Shown: piece by piece, positions 47,169 to 60,118 of the stretch | Layout: every line of letters starts with the position of its first letter | Position numbering within the stretch: the stretch's first letter is position 1 | DNA from: the human T2T-CHM13v2.0 reference genome, Homo sapiens | Reading direction: 5' to 3' (one strand) | DNA length: 64,000 nt | Assembly (NCBI RefSeq): GCF_009914755.1 | Contig: NC_060940.1 | Notes under the pieces: model-generated | What the model was told of the DNA's origin: nothing | The model's input: only the letters and a program-made list of their open reading frames with translations | Databases searched by the model: none | Translations under genes and position numbers: made by a program

Positions 47169-49039
47169 CTATGTGGTTTTACCTACCTTTGGTCTTTGAT
47201 GTTGGTGACCTACAGATGGGGTTCTGGTGTAGATGACCTTTTTGTTGATGTTGATGCTATTCCTTTCAGTTTGTTAGTTTCCTTCTAACAGTCAGGTCCC
47301 TCAGCTGCAGGTCTGTTGGAGTTTGCTGGAATTCCACTCCAGACCCTGTTTGCCTGGGTATCACCACCAGAGGCTGAAGAACAGCAAATATTGCAGAACA
47401 GCAAATATTGCTGCCTGATCCTTACTCTGGAAGCTTCGTCCGAGAGGGGCAGCCACCTATATGAGGTGTCTGTTGGCCCCTGCTGGGAGGTGTCTCCCAG
47501 TTAGGCTACATGGGAGTCGGGGACCCACTTGAGGATGCAGTCTGTCTGTTCTCAGAGCTCAAACTCCATGCTGGAGAACCACTGCTCTCTTCAGAGCTGT
47601 CAGACAGGGATGTTTAAGTCTGCAGAAGTTGTCTGCTGCCTTTTGTTCAGCTATGCCCTGCCCACAGAGGTGGAATCTAGAGGCAGTAGGCCTTGTTGAG
47701 CTGTGGTGGGCTCCGTCCAGTTCGAGCTTCCTGGCCACTTTGTTTACCTACTCAAGCCTCAGCAATTGTGGACGCCTCTCTCCCAGCCAGGCTGCCACCT
47801 CACATTTCGATCTCAGACGGCTGCGCTAGCATTGAGCAAGGCTCCATGGGCATGGGACCTGCCAAGCCAGGCACAGGAGAGAATCACCTTGTCTGCCAGT
47901 TGCTAAGACCTTGGGAAAAGCACAGTATTTGGGCAGGGAGTGTCCCGTTTTTCCAGGTAGTCTGTTGTGGCTTCCCTTGGCTAGGAGAGGGAAATCCCCC
48001 AACCCCTTGTGCTTCTTGGGTGAGGTGACGCTCCGCCCTGCTTCAGCTTGCCCTCCTTGGTCTCCACCCACTGTCTGACCAGTCCCAGTGAGACGAACCA
48101 GGTACCTCAGTTGGAAATGCAGAAATCACCCATCTTCTGCGTCTGTCATGCTGGGAGCTGCAGACCAGAGCTGTTCCTATTCGGCCATCTTGGAAAGCCG
48201 TAATTGAGAATCAGACTTTTAAACATTATATGACCATTAGAGATGTGATATGAACCTAACACTTTTTGACACCAAAACCCATTTGTGGAAATACTGATCT
48301 GGTATGGAAAGGAATATAGCTTTGAAGTTTCCCGGGGGCATAGAGTCCTGGGTTCTGTTGGCAGCAGAGGAGTTGGAAAGGGTGAGGAACATGGGGCAGC
48401 CAGTTCAAGTGGCTGCACCCCTCTTGTTCTGAGTCTTGGCCCAGGGCTTTACTTCAACCTAGGGTGACAAGATGACTTAGATGAGAGAAACTTCTATCGT
48501 AGATCCTGCCTGTCACTATAACTGTTGGGTTAAGAAAAGCCCATCTCTGCCACTTACTAGTTGGTGATCTTGGTCCAGTTGCTGTCCATCTTTGAGCCTC
48601 AGTTTGTTCATCTATAAAGTGGGATTGATGATAAGACTTATCTTGCAGGGATTTAGATGGGATTAACTGCATAATGCACAAAGGGTCCATACAAGAGGAG
48701 TTTTCATGAACACTGGCTGTCATGGATTTCCAGATAAGGACCTGCAAGAAGTGACTTAACTATTGAAATTCAAGGTATCATGTGCATATGAGAGGTGGGG
48801 GGAGTGGGGCTGATTATAAATCAGCAAAATCCCAGAGAAAGCCAGGTCTCTGGGAAAAGTCTCGTTTCCCTTTAGTAACTGGTGCTGCAGTTCGGCCCTG
48901 GATTTTTGTCCAGGCGCCCACATGTGCTTTGAGGATTTCCTCAGGAGTCTGGTATTTCGCTTCGTTGACCTCCCCAATCTCTGCCTTTGCATCCGTTTGT
49001 GTCTTTACTGAGAAGGGCCTCTCTAAGTACACCACACAG

Positions 49040-49240
49040 CACTGCGGGGCCTATAAATAGTGACAGGGCAAACTAGTTCAGATGCAATTGTTGCTGACTC
49101 AGACATTCGCTCCTCTGGCAGAAGGGAGGCACCATAGGATTTAAATAGGTGTGGCTCATCCCTCCCCTTCTGTGGGCTCCTTACTCCTTGTCTGCCTTTC
49201 CCACCATTCTGCCTGCGTCCCAGCCACCCCCACTGAAGGT
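49040..49240 (+). promoter_or_regulatory. Candidate TATA/MEF2 plus MARE/AP-1 element
   Basis: CTATAAATAG at 49051-49060, TGCTGACTCAG at 49092-49102, ATTTAAATAG at 49139-49148. Confidence 0.4.
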
Positions 49241-51051
49241 AGGTCCCAACAGAAGCTGGCCCTTTCACAGGTCTCCTATACCAAGGAGGCTGCTGGGGTC
49301 CCGGTGTCTTGGTACTTTTCCATTCTCTCTTTGTCCTTTGCCACTGTGCTAGCAGAAAAGACGTTGGGAAAGAAAAGATTGTCATTGTCACAAGAAAGGA
49401 GATAAGGTAAAGTATGACAAATTTCCCAACCGTGCTCCTCTGATACGAGTTGTGGGTAGAGGAGGCAGTTTTTCTCCCCACCTCGAAACTGCATAAAACA
49501 GTTGACAAAACAGGCAACTTCCCATCCTTGGAAGATGACTTTGAAATAGGCCATTAGACAAAAGTAAGCTAAGAGCCAATGTATTGCTAAATATACTCAT
49601 TCTTATAAAATCTGCTATTTTTGAGTTAAATGTTGCGGAAATTACCGAATTTGCATTTAATTATTTTAATACATCTTGTTTACAGATGACTAGGCAAAAA
49701 TAAAAAAAAAATCCCCCAAACTAATTCACTTTGACTGCTCCGGTTGTAACTGTGCCTAAAATAGAAAAACTTACTCTGAATATTTTCTCAAAGTCGGAGG
49801 GAAAGCCAACTTTAATTCCATTTTGTCTCAGTGTCAATACCACACATACTGTTTCTTCTATTAAATGAGATTTATACTTTCGAAGTCAGGGATAAAATAT
49901 ATTTTCCCCATTGAAGGACTCTTCTAGACCTGTCTCCTGATTGGCCTGTAGACTTTGTTTTGGGTAAAATGAGGAAGAAAGTGTTATATAGTCCACAAGG
50001 GCATGGCCTTTATGGTTAAGCAGACCTGGGGTTGAATTCAAGTTTTGCTTCTTACTAGCTGTGTATCCTTGGGCAATTCACTTAACCTCTCTGAGTCCTG
50101 GTTTACTGTTTTCAAATAGAGACAGTAATTTAGCTGTGTAAGTGTTATAAAAATTAACAATAACATATGTAAAGCAGCTACTATAGTGCCTAGCAAACAG
50201 TAGGTCCTCAGTAAATACATATTTCTTCCGTTTCCTCCTCTCCTTCCCTCTTTAGATGTGATCAGGCATTTTCTTCCTCCTTGATAGAGAAAACTTGATA
50301 GGTTAAATGGTCTGTCAAATGGTTTACAGGTCCCAGGGATAACTGTGAGAGAGAAGAAGAGAATTTTCTGAGCAATCGTTGTTCCTGGCCATACTTGTGG
50401 GCAACGTGTATTTGGAGCTTGTTTCTCAGAAGGAGATTGGCAGGTGTCTAGTCTACTTGAAATGCTTTTCATTCCTGTCTCTGCTTTAGGGACACCCAGG
50501 GCCATCAGTCTAGCAATCTGCTTTTGTGCTTTGAAGCTCAGCTGAGGATGCTGGGGAGTGGTCAGCTTTGCTGTTTTGTTTCTGTGTTGGCAGATCCCCT
50601 GCATTCTGCAGAGGTTGCACATCTTAACAAAATGGGGAAGAAGCAATGAGTGAAAAAAGGCAGATTAGAGGGGCCATACCCATGTGTGGCCACCTCACTG
50701 GGCTAGGGAAGGGAAAACGAAAAGGGAAATGGTGGTGGTTAGGGGTGGCTTCCAGTATCCTCCTCAGAACTGTTCTAGCTCCCATGACTCTTAGAATAAT
50801 ATTTGCCACATATGAAGGAAAAGGACTACAGTCCAGACCATCTTCATTTAACTGAATTCTAGCTGTGGGTTTCCAAGTATGGGAGGATAGCACATTCATT
50901 CAACAAACACTGCACAACGAGTTCCATAAAGGCAGGGGCTGTTGACAATCTTTTCTCACCAGTGTACTCTCAGCATTTCACATACTATCAGGCACCTTGT
51001 GAATACTCGATAAATAGTGAATGGGTTTATACAGCAAGGCAATCAACTCTA

Positions 51052-51250
51052 GCGCAATGGCTCTCAAACTTGAGCGAGCATGCATCAGGATCACTTGGAG
51101 AGCTTTTTAAAGCACAGATTGTTGGCCAGTTTGCCTAGAATTTCCAAGTCCTTATGTCTGGGGCAGGGCCCGAGAATTTCCAGTTGTAGTAAGTTCCCAG
51201 GTGATGCTGTTGCTGCTGGTCCAAGGGCCATATTTTGAGAACCACTACTT
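51052..51250 (-). mobile_element. MER5A
   Basis: ctctcaaacttgagc...aagttcccaggtgatgctgttgctgctggtcc...tttgagaaccact. Confidence 0.85.
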
Positions 51251-51989
51251 TGGTGGTCAAGAGTGAAAGCCCTGGAGTCAAGAATACTTGAGTTTGAATC
51301 CCTGCTTCACTGGGTATTAGCTGGTTAACGATGAACAAGTCACTTAACTCCTTTAAGCCTCTATTTCTATGTCTATGAAGCGCAGATAATCATATGTATG
51401 TCATAGGATGATTAAGAGGATTAAATGAGATTGACTTAAAATTTTCAGTGTAGGCCTTGTTTATAGTAGACACTCAATACACAGAAGGTAGCTGGATTAT
51501 GTACTGAGCATGTACTTTGGCAAGGCCCTCATCTACCCTTAGGTAGCTCATTTACCCAAGCCTTGCGACACAGAATGCAGAGACAAACGCCATATCATCT
51601 CTGCCCTCAAGAAGCTTATAGATTAGTGGGGAAGCCAAGTGGTTAAAGCAATAATCATTTACCATGTGTTAAATGTAGGCTCTTGTGGGGCACAGAGGGA
51701 GGCATTCAACCTAGCTGGGGCTGGGGGCTCAGGGAAGGATCCTGATGCAAGACTCATGCTGAAGCTGAATCTTAAGTGTAGAGAAGATGGGGAAGGTTGA
51801 TATAGGCAGAGAAAATGTTTGAGTAGAATTGGAAGGGCCCATTTGGTGGCCTTGTAGTTATCCAAAAGCCTTTCACGGTGCCCAAATCTTACTATGAGTA
51901 ACTTCTTGGAGTCAAGGCAGAGTCTATCTTGGAAGTTTAATTCATTGAACCTTTATTAGATGTAGACTTTCTTACTCGCTCAGTTCCAC

Positions 51990-52395
51990 CTTCTTGGACT
52001 TTTGATGTTTCGTGAACATCTAAAGCTTGTTCTCACCCCAGCCTTTTGGATGTGCTATTTTTTCAACTGGGAGCTCTCTCTTCCCTGAGACTTACTCATG
52101 GATGGCTCCTCTTCTTGTCACCTGCTCAGACAGGCCATTCTCTGACGCCTATTTTAGAGTGACCCCTCTGTTCCCTACACTATATTCCTACTGGGCTCCA
52201 TTTCTCTTCAGGGCACATCTCACTCTCTCAAGTCACATATTTATTTACTCATTTATTTTCTCTCTCCCCAACTAGAAGTGCAGCTCCATGAAGACAGGGA
52301 CTGTGTCTGGCTTAAGGGCTTAGGTATATAATCAACACTTGATAAGTGTTTGTTGAATGACTGTTGAGTAATACTAAATGGGTGAATGAGTGAAT
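51990..52395 (+). mobile_element. L2 LINE 3' relic
   Basis: agctccatgaagacagggactgtgtctg...gtttgttgaatga. Confidence 0.65.
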
Positions 52396-52661
52396 CCCTA
52401 TACAGAACCCCACAATGGTCCTTGGAGACTACCTAGTTTCTCTCCTTCATGTTACATTGGGAGGAATTGAGGCCCAGGGAAGGGAAGGGAATTTCCCAAA
52501 GCCACACAGGGAGTTGATGTTAGATCTGGCCTTAAACCCAGGACCCTTGACCCTTGGAATAGTGCTCTCAGGTCATCTACCCAAGTGGACAGCAGGCACT
52601 TTATGGGATGAGCCATCACGCGGTGGAATGCCCGACATCATAGTGGCATTGTCTGATCAGT

Positions 52662-52944
52662 ATTTTTTTTTTTTTGAGTGGGGTTTTGCTTTGCCCCTCA
52701 GGCTGGAGTACAATGATGCTATCACTCAAGTGATAGCTCAAGTGATCCCCCTGCCTCAGTCTCCCAAGTAGCTAGGACTACAGGTTTGTGCCATCATGCC
52801 CAGCTATTTCAAAATAAATTATTTTTAGAGATGGGGTCTTACTATGTTATCCAGGCTGGGCTTGAACTCCTGGCTTCAAGTGATTCTCCTGCCTTGGCCT
52901 CCCAAAGTGCTGGAATGACAGGTGGGAGTCACCATGCCTGGCCT
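52662..52944 (-). mobile_element. AluJ with an internal deletion/duplication
   Basis: gggtcttactatgttatccaggctgg; ctcaagtgat occurs twice in the right arm. Confidence 0.88.
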
Positions 52945-54229
52945 GATCATGCAGTCTTTAGTAGCTTTGACTTTGGCGGAAGTGTCATTCCTATATAGAG
53001 TGCAGCTTAATAGCACTGGGTGATGGGGAGTGGACAGGAATGAGTTTTAGAAGTAAGTACAGTAAAATGTCATGATAGACAGCATCCTACTTCACCAGGT
53101 TGTCCTGGCCAATGGTGAAAATCCTGTGATTCTGAGTTAGAGCAAACAAGCTAGTAGTCATAGTAGTACTAATTCTAGCCCTAGTACTAATGAGAATACA
53201 GTCAACATTAACTGAGCACTTACTATGTGTGAACCACTGTGTCGGGTGCTTTATGTATGCACAATCTTTCAACAGCCTGTTAATTTGGCACCACTGTTAC
53301 CACCCCATTTCGCAGAAGAAACGGAGGGTCAGAGAGATGAAGTCACCTGTCCCAGGTTTTGGACCAGGGTTAGTTGACTCCAGAGTACCTGCTCTTAATG
53401 TTGATAAGGCATGTAAATCCTGGGATCAGATCCTGGCTATGACACTTAGGGCCTCAGGCAAGCAACAACTTCTTTGAACTTTGGTTTCCTCATCCATAGA
53501 AATGGAGCAAAAATACACTCCCTGCTGGATTGCCACGAATCCCATTCAGGGATTCACTGTGGCCTTTATTGCATCCATAAATGCCAGCTCTTACAGTTAA
53601 TGGCTCCTCTTCTTTTCTTTAATTCTATTTCAGTATTAGGTGTTCTGTGTTACCATATACCCATTAAGATCCCAGCAACCCAGGGAGTCACCACTTTTCT
53701 CAGTCTTGCTGGCCCTGTGTTTTCCCTCTTGCCTTTGGAATTTCTGAATCTTGTTCTCTGCAAGTGAGAAAGGGGGGAGGTTCTCTTTGTAAAACCCATG
53801 AGCCACTTTCAGGCTACAATAAGACAGGAAGGAGGCCTGGAGAAAGTGACTTCTGGAATCAACCCAAAGGACTTGAGTGGTTTCTGGAGGCTGCAGGAGG
53901 CAGGATGTCCAAAGATTCCTCCTTAAGGAGCAACTGCAGGCTCCCATCCACTCTGTGCATGTGGCTGTTGCTGCCTCCAGGAACGGAACTCAGAGTTGAG
54001 TCAGATGAAATTGCAAAAAGGCTGGGTGGTTCTGGACTCAGAGAGGCTCCCAGCTCTGTTGAATCTGGCTCAATCTCTTCCTAGATCTGCGGTCTTGGGC
54101 AACCCCCTTTGTCTCTCTGAGATTTGGTTTCTTCATCTGCAAAATGGGCTGGTTGTGAAGAGTAAATAAAGGGATGAGTCATTAGTTAAAAGAAAAGGAT
54201 TGTATACAGGTGGGGCTGACATTAAAAGC

Positions 54230-55090
54230 TGCTGAATTTATTCAACAAATATTTATTGAATACTAAATGCCTGTGGGGCACTGTTCTAGATCTGGCATTG
54301 GCAAGCTATGGCCTTCAGGCCAAATCCAGCTGCTGCCTGTTTTTGCAAATAACGTTTTGCTGCAACACATCCATGTCAATTCACTGACCGATCATCTATG
54401 GCTGATGCTGCTACAACAGAAGTGAGTAGTTGTGACAATGACAGGCTCACAAGCTTACAATATGTAGTCTCTGGCACTTTACAGAAAAAGTTGCTGATCC
54501 CTAATTGAAGTGATGGGAAAAAATGAACAACACACACACACATCTCTGATGGGACTTTCCTGGAGCAGGAAGACAGATAATAAGCAAAGTAAAATATAAC
54601 TAAACTAGATAATATATAAGAAGGTAGCAAGCACAAGGGAGAATAATAAAACAAGGGTGGGGGACAAAGAATGCTGGGGAGAGGGTAGAATTGTAGTTCT
54701 GAGCAGGCTGAGAGTAGAATTGTGGTTCTGGGCCAACATCACTAAGAAGATGCCATTTCAGCCTTGACTTGATGGGGTGGAGGGAGTGGGCAGTGAGGAT
54801 ATCGGGAAGTGTTCCAAGCAGAGGGACCAGCAACTGCAAAGGCCCTGAGGCAGGAGTGTGCTCTGTGCCTCCTAAAATCAGTGAAGAGTGTAGCATGGCT
54901 GGACCCCGATGGGCAGCGGGGACGGGGTTGGTGGGGGCAGAAGCAGGAGATAAGAATCTTCCTTTTAGGCTCAGCCAGTTGTCTCAGACCTCATGGCAAT
55001 TCTGTACACTGCCTTTTTCTCTGAGTGGGTTAGAAACCACTTCCAGTGTTGACCCAAGAAGTAATGTGATCAGAGTTATACTTTACAAAT
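54230..55090 (-). mobile_element. L2 relic containing MER58A (about 54295-54502, plus)
   Basis: ttcaacaaatatttattg; ggcaagctatggccttcaggccaaatccagc...aaaaagttgctgatccct; gcaaaggccctgaggcaggag. Confidence 0.75.
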
Positions 55091-55924
55091 CCCAGGGGCC
55101 TCCAGGGGAGCTGGAGAAAAATCCAGGAGATTAGAGAGCCTAGGAGGCTCCCTGTTGACCTCTGAGCCTTTTGTCCCTGAATATTTCCTTTTACACCTTA
55201 GGCAGGCATCAAGAATCCAGACACCGACAGGAGCCAGGCTGGATGGGACTCAGCAGGAGGTCTGGGGACTGTAGCAAAGTGAGGGACACACGGCCCTTTC
55301 AGGAGACCACTCTTTACCTCCAGCCAGTGGCTGTTATGTAGGAATGTCAGCTCAGTGTCACCATAGCTGATTCCTCAAGAGAACTCAGAGATGCAGATTT
55401 TAACATATAATTGTGCTGCATTGATCTATGGATTAGTAATTCAACTTGTCTTTTTAAACACCACTCAGAACAAAACATATTTGCAGTACCTTTTTGGCAA
55501 GCATACACCCAGTTTACTGAATACAAGGATTTGGGCTTTGTTTTATTTTATTTTATTTATTTTTTTGAGTAGGTCAATTGGGACCTGGCATTAGAAAATT
55601 GTTGTTTGTAATCATGTGCCCAGGTGAATGAGTGAATCCCAGATATGCACCAGAACACACACAGGAGGACTCTGTGGTGCCCTGCATAGCCCTCGGGCTG
55701 GTGTAGCAGGTTGCACAGGACTTGGGTCTGAATGTCCCTTTTTGCTCCTATTACCTTGTGGGTATAGCTTGTACAGGAATGACAGCTCATTCATATTCTG
55801 GGGCTGGCAATGTGCTCAGGACTGTCCAAGAGATTGAGAAGTTGACTCCTTGTTCGGGGCCTCCAGAAGTGTGCACTCCAGGAGAAAGGATAGCATAAGC
55901 TGTCCTTAAAAACAGAGAAATACT

Positions 55925-56712
<788 letters not shown>

Positions 56713-56859
56713 AACAGAGAAATACTGGTTAGTGCCAGGTAACCAAACTGAAGGCGTCAGGCCAATCTGGCCAACAATCATGTTGTGTTTGGGTTGATGG
56801 TCTTATTTAAAAAAATGTTTTAAGCTAGTTGCTGGCTTTTGAAAATCAAAATATTTCAC

Positions 56860-57080
56860 ACTGTTCCTTTGCATATATACCCAGAAGTGGGATTGCTGTA
56901 TCATATAGTAGTTTTATTTCTAATTTTTTGAGGGACCTCCATACTGTTTTCCATAGTAGCTGTACTAATTTCTATTCCTACCAACAGTGGATAAGGGTTC
57001 CCTTTTCTCCACATCCTCGCCAATACTTGCTATCGTTTGTCTTTTTGATAATACCCATTCCAACAGGTGTGAAGGGATAG
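56860..57080 (-). mobile_element. L1 ORF2 3' fragment
   Basis: tatatacccagaagtgggattgctg...ccacatcctcgccaatacttg. Confidence 0.8.
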
Positions 57081-59484
57081 GCACAATTATTATTCATCAA
57101 TTAAAACTAAATAAATAAATAAAATGGAGGAAAAAGGACTTCACACTAAATTCCAGATGTGAGCTTCTCTTGATGCAAAGCATCAGGAGACTCTGGCCAT
57201 GCCAGGCCTGAATTCCTGCATGGATGATTGGGTAATGCTGAGAATGGCTGCCTCTTGCAGGTGCAGGTGTGTGCTCCCTACTCACCCAGCAGTTTACTTT
57301 ACTTATTTACATTCCCCGACTGTCCCCTCCCTCCCTGAGGCTTTTGAGTTTGCATCCCTTGAAGTTGGGGCTACTAATCTGAGGAAGGCTCACCTGGGGT
57401 TGTGTCCTGTCTACGAGAACCGACATGCTCAACCCTAGGACTAGAATGCCATGTGTTCTCTCTGATCAATGATCAGTTATGATTGTGCTACCTGTTGCAT
57501 TTCTAAACACCTAGCACTGTGCACCAGCTCAACATCCAGGTCACAGGATAGAGCAGCCTTCAGATGAAATTACAAACAGATATAGGGCTGCTATTCTGGT
57601 AGAATTCTGAACTGTCCCATGGGTTCCAGAGGTTGACTTTCTTCTCTTCCAGGTCCTTCTGTCCTCACCGCGTGGCCCAGGAGGTCTCTTTCTCTAAGGG
57701 TGAACTCCGTGGCCACTGATGCTATTCTGGAACACTGAGAGGCAAGGGAGAGAACAGACTTTCCCTTTGTCCCATCTGATGTCCTAATGTAGCCTTCTTG
57801 GGCAACTTTATCACACAGCAAAGTCAGGGTTGCAGCTGGGACTCTGGGAACATTTCATCCATGATGTCATAATTGATTTTCCTCCTTTTGTCCTCCCTCT
57901 AGACTCCCCTCTCCTTCCCCACACCATCCCTGTTTCTCTGCCGCTATAATGCTTCACTGCTTCCCCTAGACGGTTGGGGAGAATTCACTCTCCATGACTT
58001 GTTTTGTCCCTGTTAATCCCCAATCAATATGTGGCACCCAATGTAGTCGCTGTTCTGGGAAAAATAACTATTATTCTGCCTAGGCCAAGAGTCATCTTAA
58101 TTTAAAAGGATAAATTGCTCACTCAACTTCCAGACTTTTCATTCAGAAGGGAGACAAGTTCATGGGTTGGCAGAGGGAGGCGGCACTTCCTCATAGGCTA
58201 TGCATATAGAAATACTCTTCTTATCCTTTCAAAAACTTTTGTTTATATTTTTTACTGAAGGTTGTGCCAATCTCTTTGAACACATTTTCTCTAGTCCTCT
58301 CAACAGCCTGAGAGTAGTTGATTCATTTATAACTTGAGGAAACTGAGGCAAAGAGATAACAAGACTTATCCAAAGTCATTTAACTTGTCAGTAGCAGAGC
58401 TGGGATTGAATTTAGTGTGTCAGACTCCAAAGCTCATGCTGTATATTGAAGAAAACACTCTTCCGGAACTTCACACCCCAGAGTTTCATTCTTGTCTATC
58501 TCCTGGGGCGAGCTGAAAGCCCCCTTCTCAAAGATCTTCTCCTGGCATGAGTTTCATGATTTATCTTTCTCCAGCAAGCCTGATTTATAGAGTTTTAGTT
58601 ATACATAGAGGGAAATGATTATGTTTCTGAGATGAATTATTGCACATTTGAGGTCACAGAGTGTCCTTAATGTCCCATGAGCAGGTGAGTGGAAAGACCA
58701 GGGGCTAATGAATGGGAAGAAAGCCAGGGACACAGGTGTTTGCAGAGCCACAAGAATCTCAGGTGAGACTCAGCTCAGCTCTTGAACACAGTAACCCAAC
58801 CTGCCTAGGCCTCTCAGTCTGTGAGTAAGATGAAGTCACAGTAACAGGAATTGTGCACATTTTCTGGCTCTTATCTTCATTCACATATACAGGACTTCTG
58901 CCCATGCAAAGCTTTCCTCTCTTCTGTCTGATAATTCTTGTGGTGGGGTTATTTCACCCTTGCTTTCAGCTGACTGCATTCATCTCATAGTGTCCACCAT
59001 GTTTTTTCTTCCATGTTGGCCTCATTGTCAACGTTTGTATCTTGAGATGCTCTTGAGGGTGCCATGGGCCACCATGTCATAGGCTTTGTGTCCAGATGCT
59101 TACGAAGGTGCTAACTCTAAAGATTTCCAGAGCATTGGAAAGAAGTCATCTCTCCCCCATTCTGGGATACACGCCACTCTCCAAGCTCCAAAGCCATCCT
59201 GCTTGGGCTTTGTTCTAGAGTCCTACGAAAACACAGCCATTAGTTTCTCCATCTGTTCCATCTCCAAATTGCTCCAGGAGGCATGCATGTGTCTGGTTCT
59301 TGATCCAACCTCATTTCTTTCTTTTGTGACATCAAAGCTTCTTGCTTTCTTCTTCATCCCCAGCTAATGCCCTCATACGGTTGTCTAAGGGGGCCAGGTT
59401 TACCAGCTTTCCATATTCTCAGTCATGTCTGAATTCCAGTTTGGCTTCAAGGTAGGATATAGTAGTATTTAATAGTATGAGCTT

Positions 59485-60118
59485 GGGTGGGAATGTAAAA
59501 TGGTGCAGCAGCTTTGGAAAACAGTTTGGCAGTTTCTTAAAATGTTAAATATAAACTTACTATACGACCCAGCGATTTCCCTCCTAGGCATCCACCCAAG
59601 AGAAGTGAAAGCATATGTTCACACAAAGACATATCCATGAATATTCATACAAACATTATTTATAATAGTCCAAAGTGGAAACACTCCAAATGTCAATCAA
59701 TTAGTAAATGGATAAACAAAATGTGGTATATCCATATAATGGAATATAATTCAGCAATAGAAAAGGAATGAAATACTGATATCTGCTACAACATGGGTGA
59801 TCCTCAATAACAGTATGCTAAATGAAAGAAGCCAGATGTATAGGCTCGTGTTGCAGAATTCCATTATGAATTGTCCAGAAATGGCAAATCTATTGGGAAA
59901 GAAAGTAGATTAGTGGTTGCCTGGGCTGGGGTGGGGATGGAGGTGAAGATTAACAGCAAATGATCATGGGGACGTTTTGGGGGTGCTGAAAATGTTCTAA
60001 AACTGGAGGATAATCGAAATTCTATACATTTACTAAAAATCACAGAATTGTATACTTACAATGTGTGAGTTTTATGGTATGCAAATTACATATCAATAAA
60101 ACTTTTTATTTTTTAAAA
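59485..60118 (+). mobile_element. L1MB-like 3' fragment
   Basis: gggaatgtaaaatggtgcagcagctttggaaaacagtttggcag...gcaaattacatatcaataaa. Confidence 0.85.

Noticed and set aside
50038-50646. 202-aa minus-strand ORF and neighbouring 164-aa ORF (49023-49517)
   Set aside because: No recognisable domain, the larger one ends in MIR-derived sequence, and lengths are compatible with chance.
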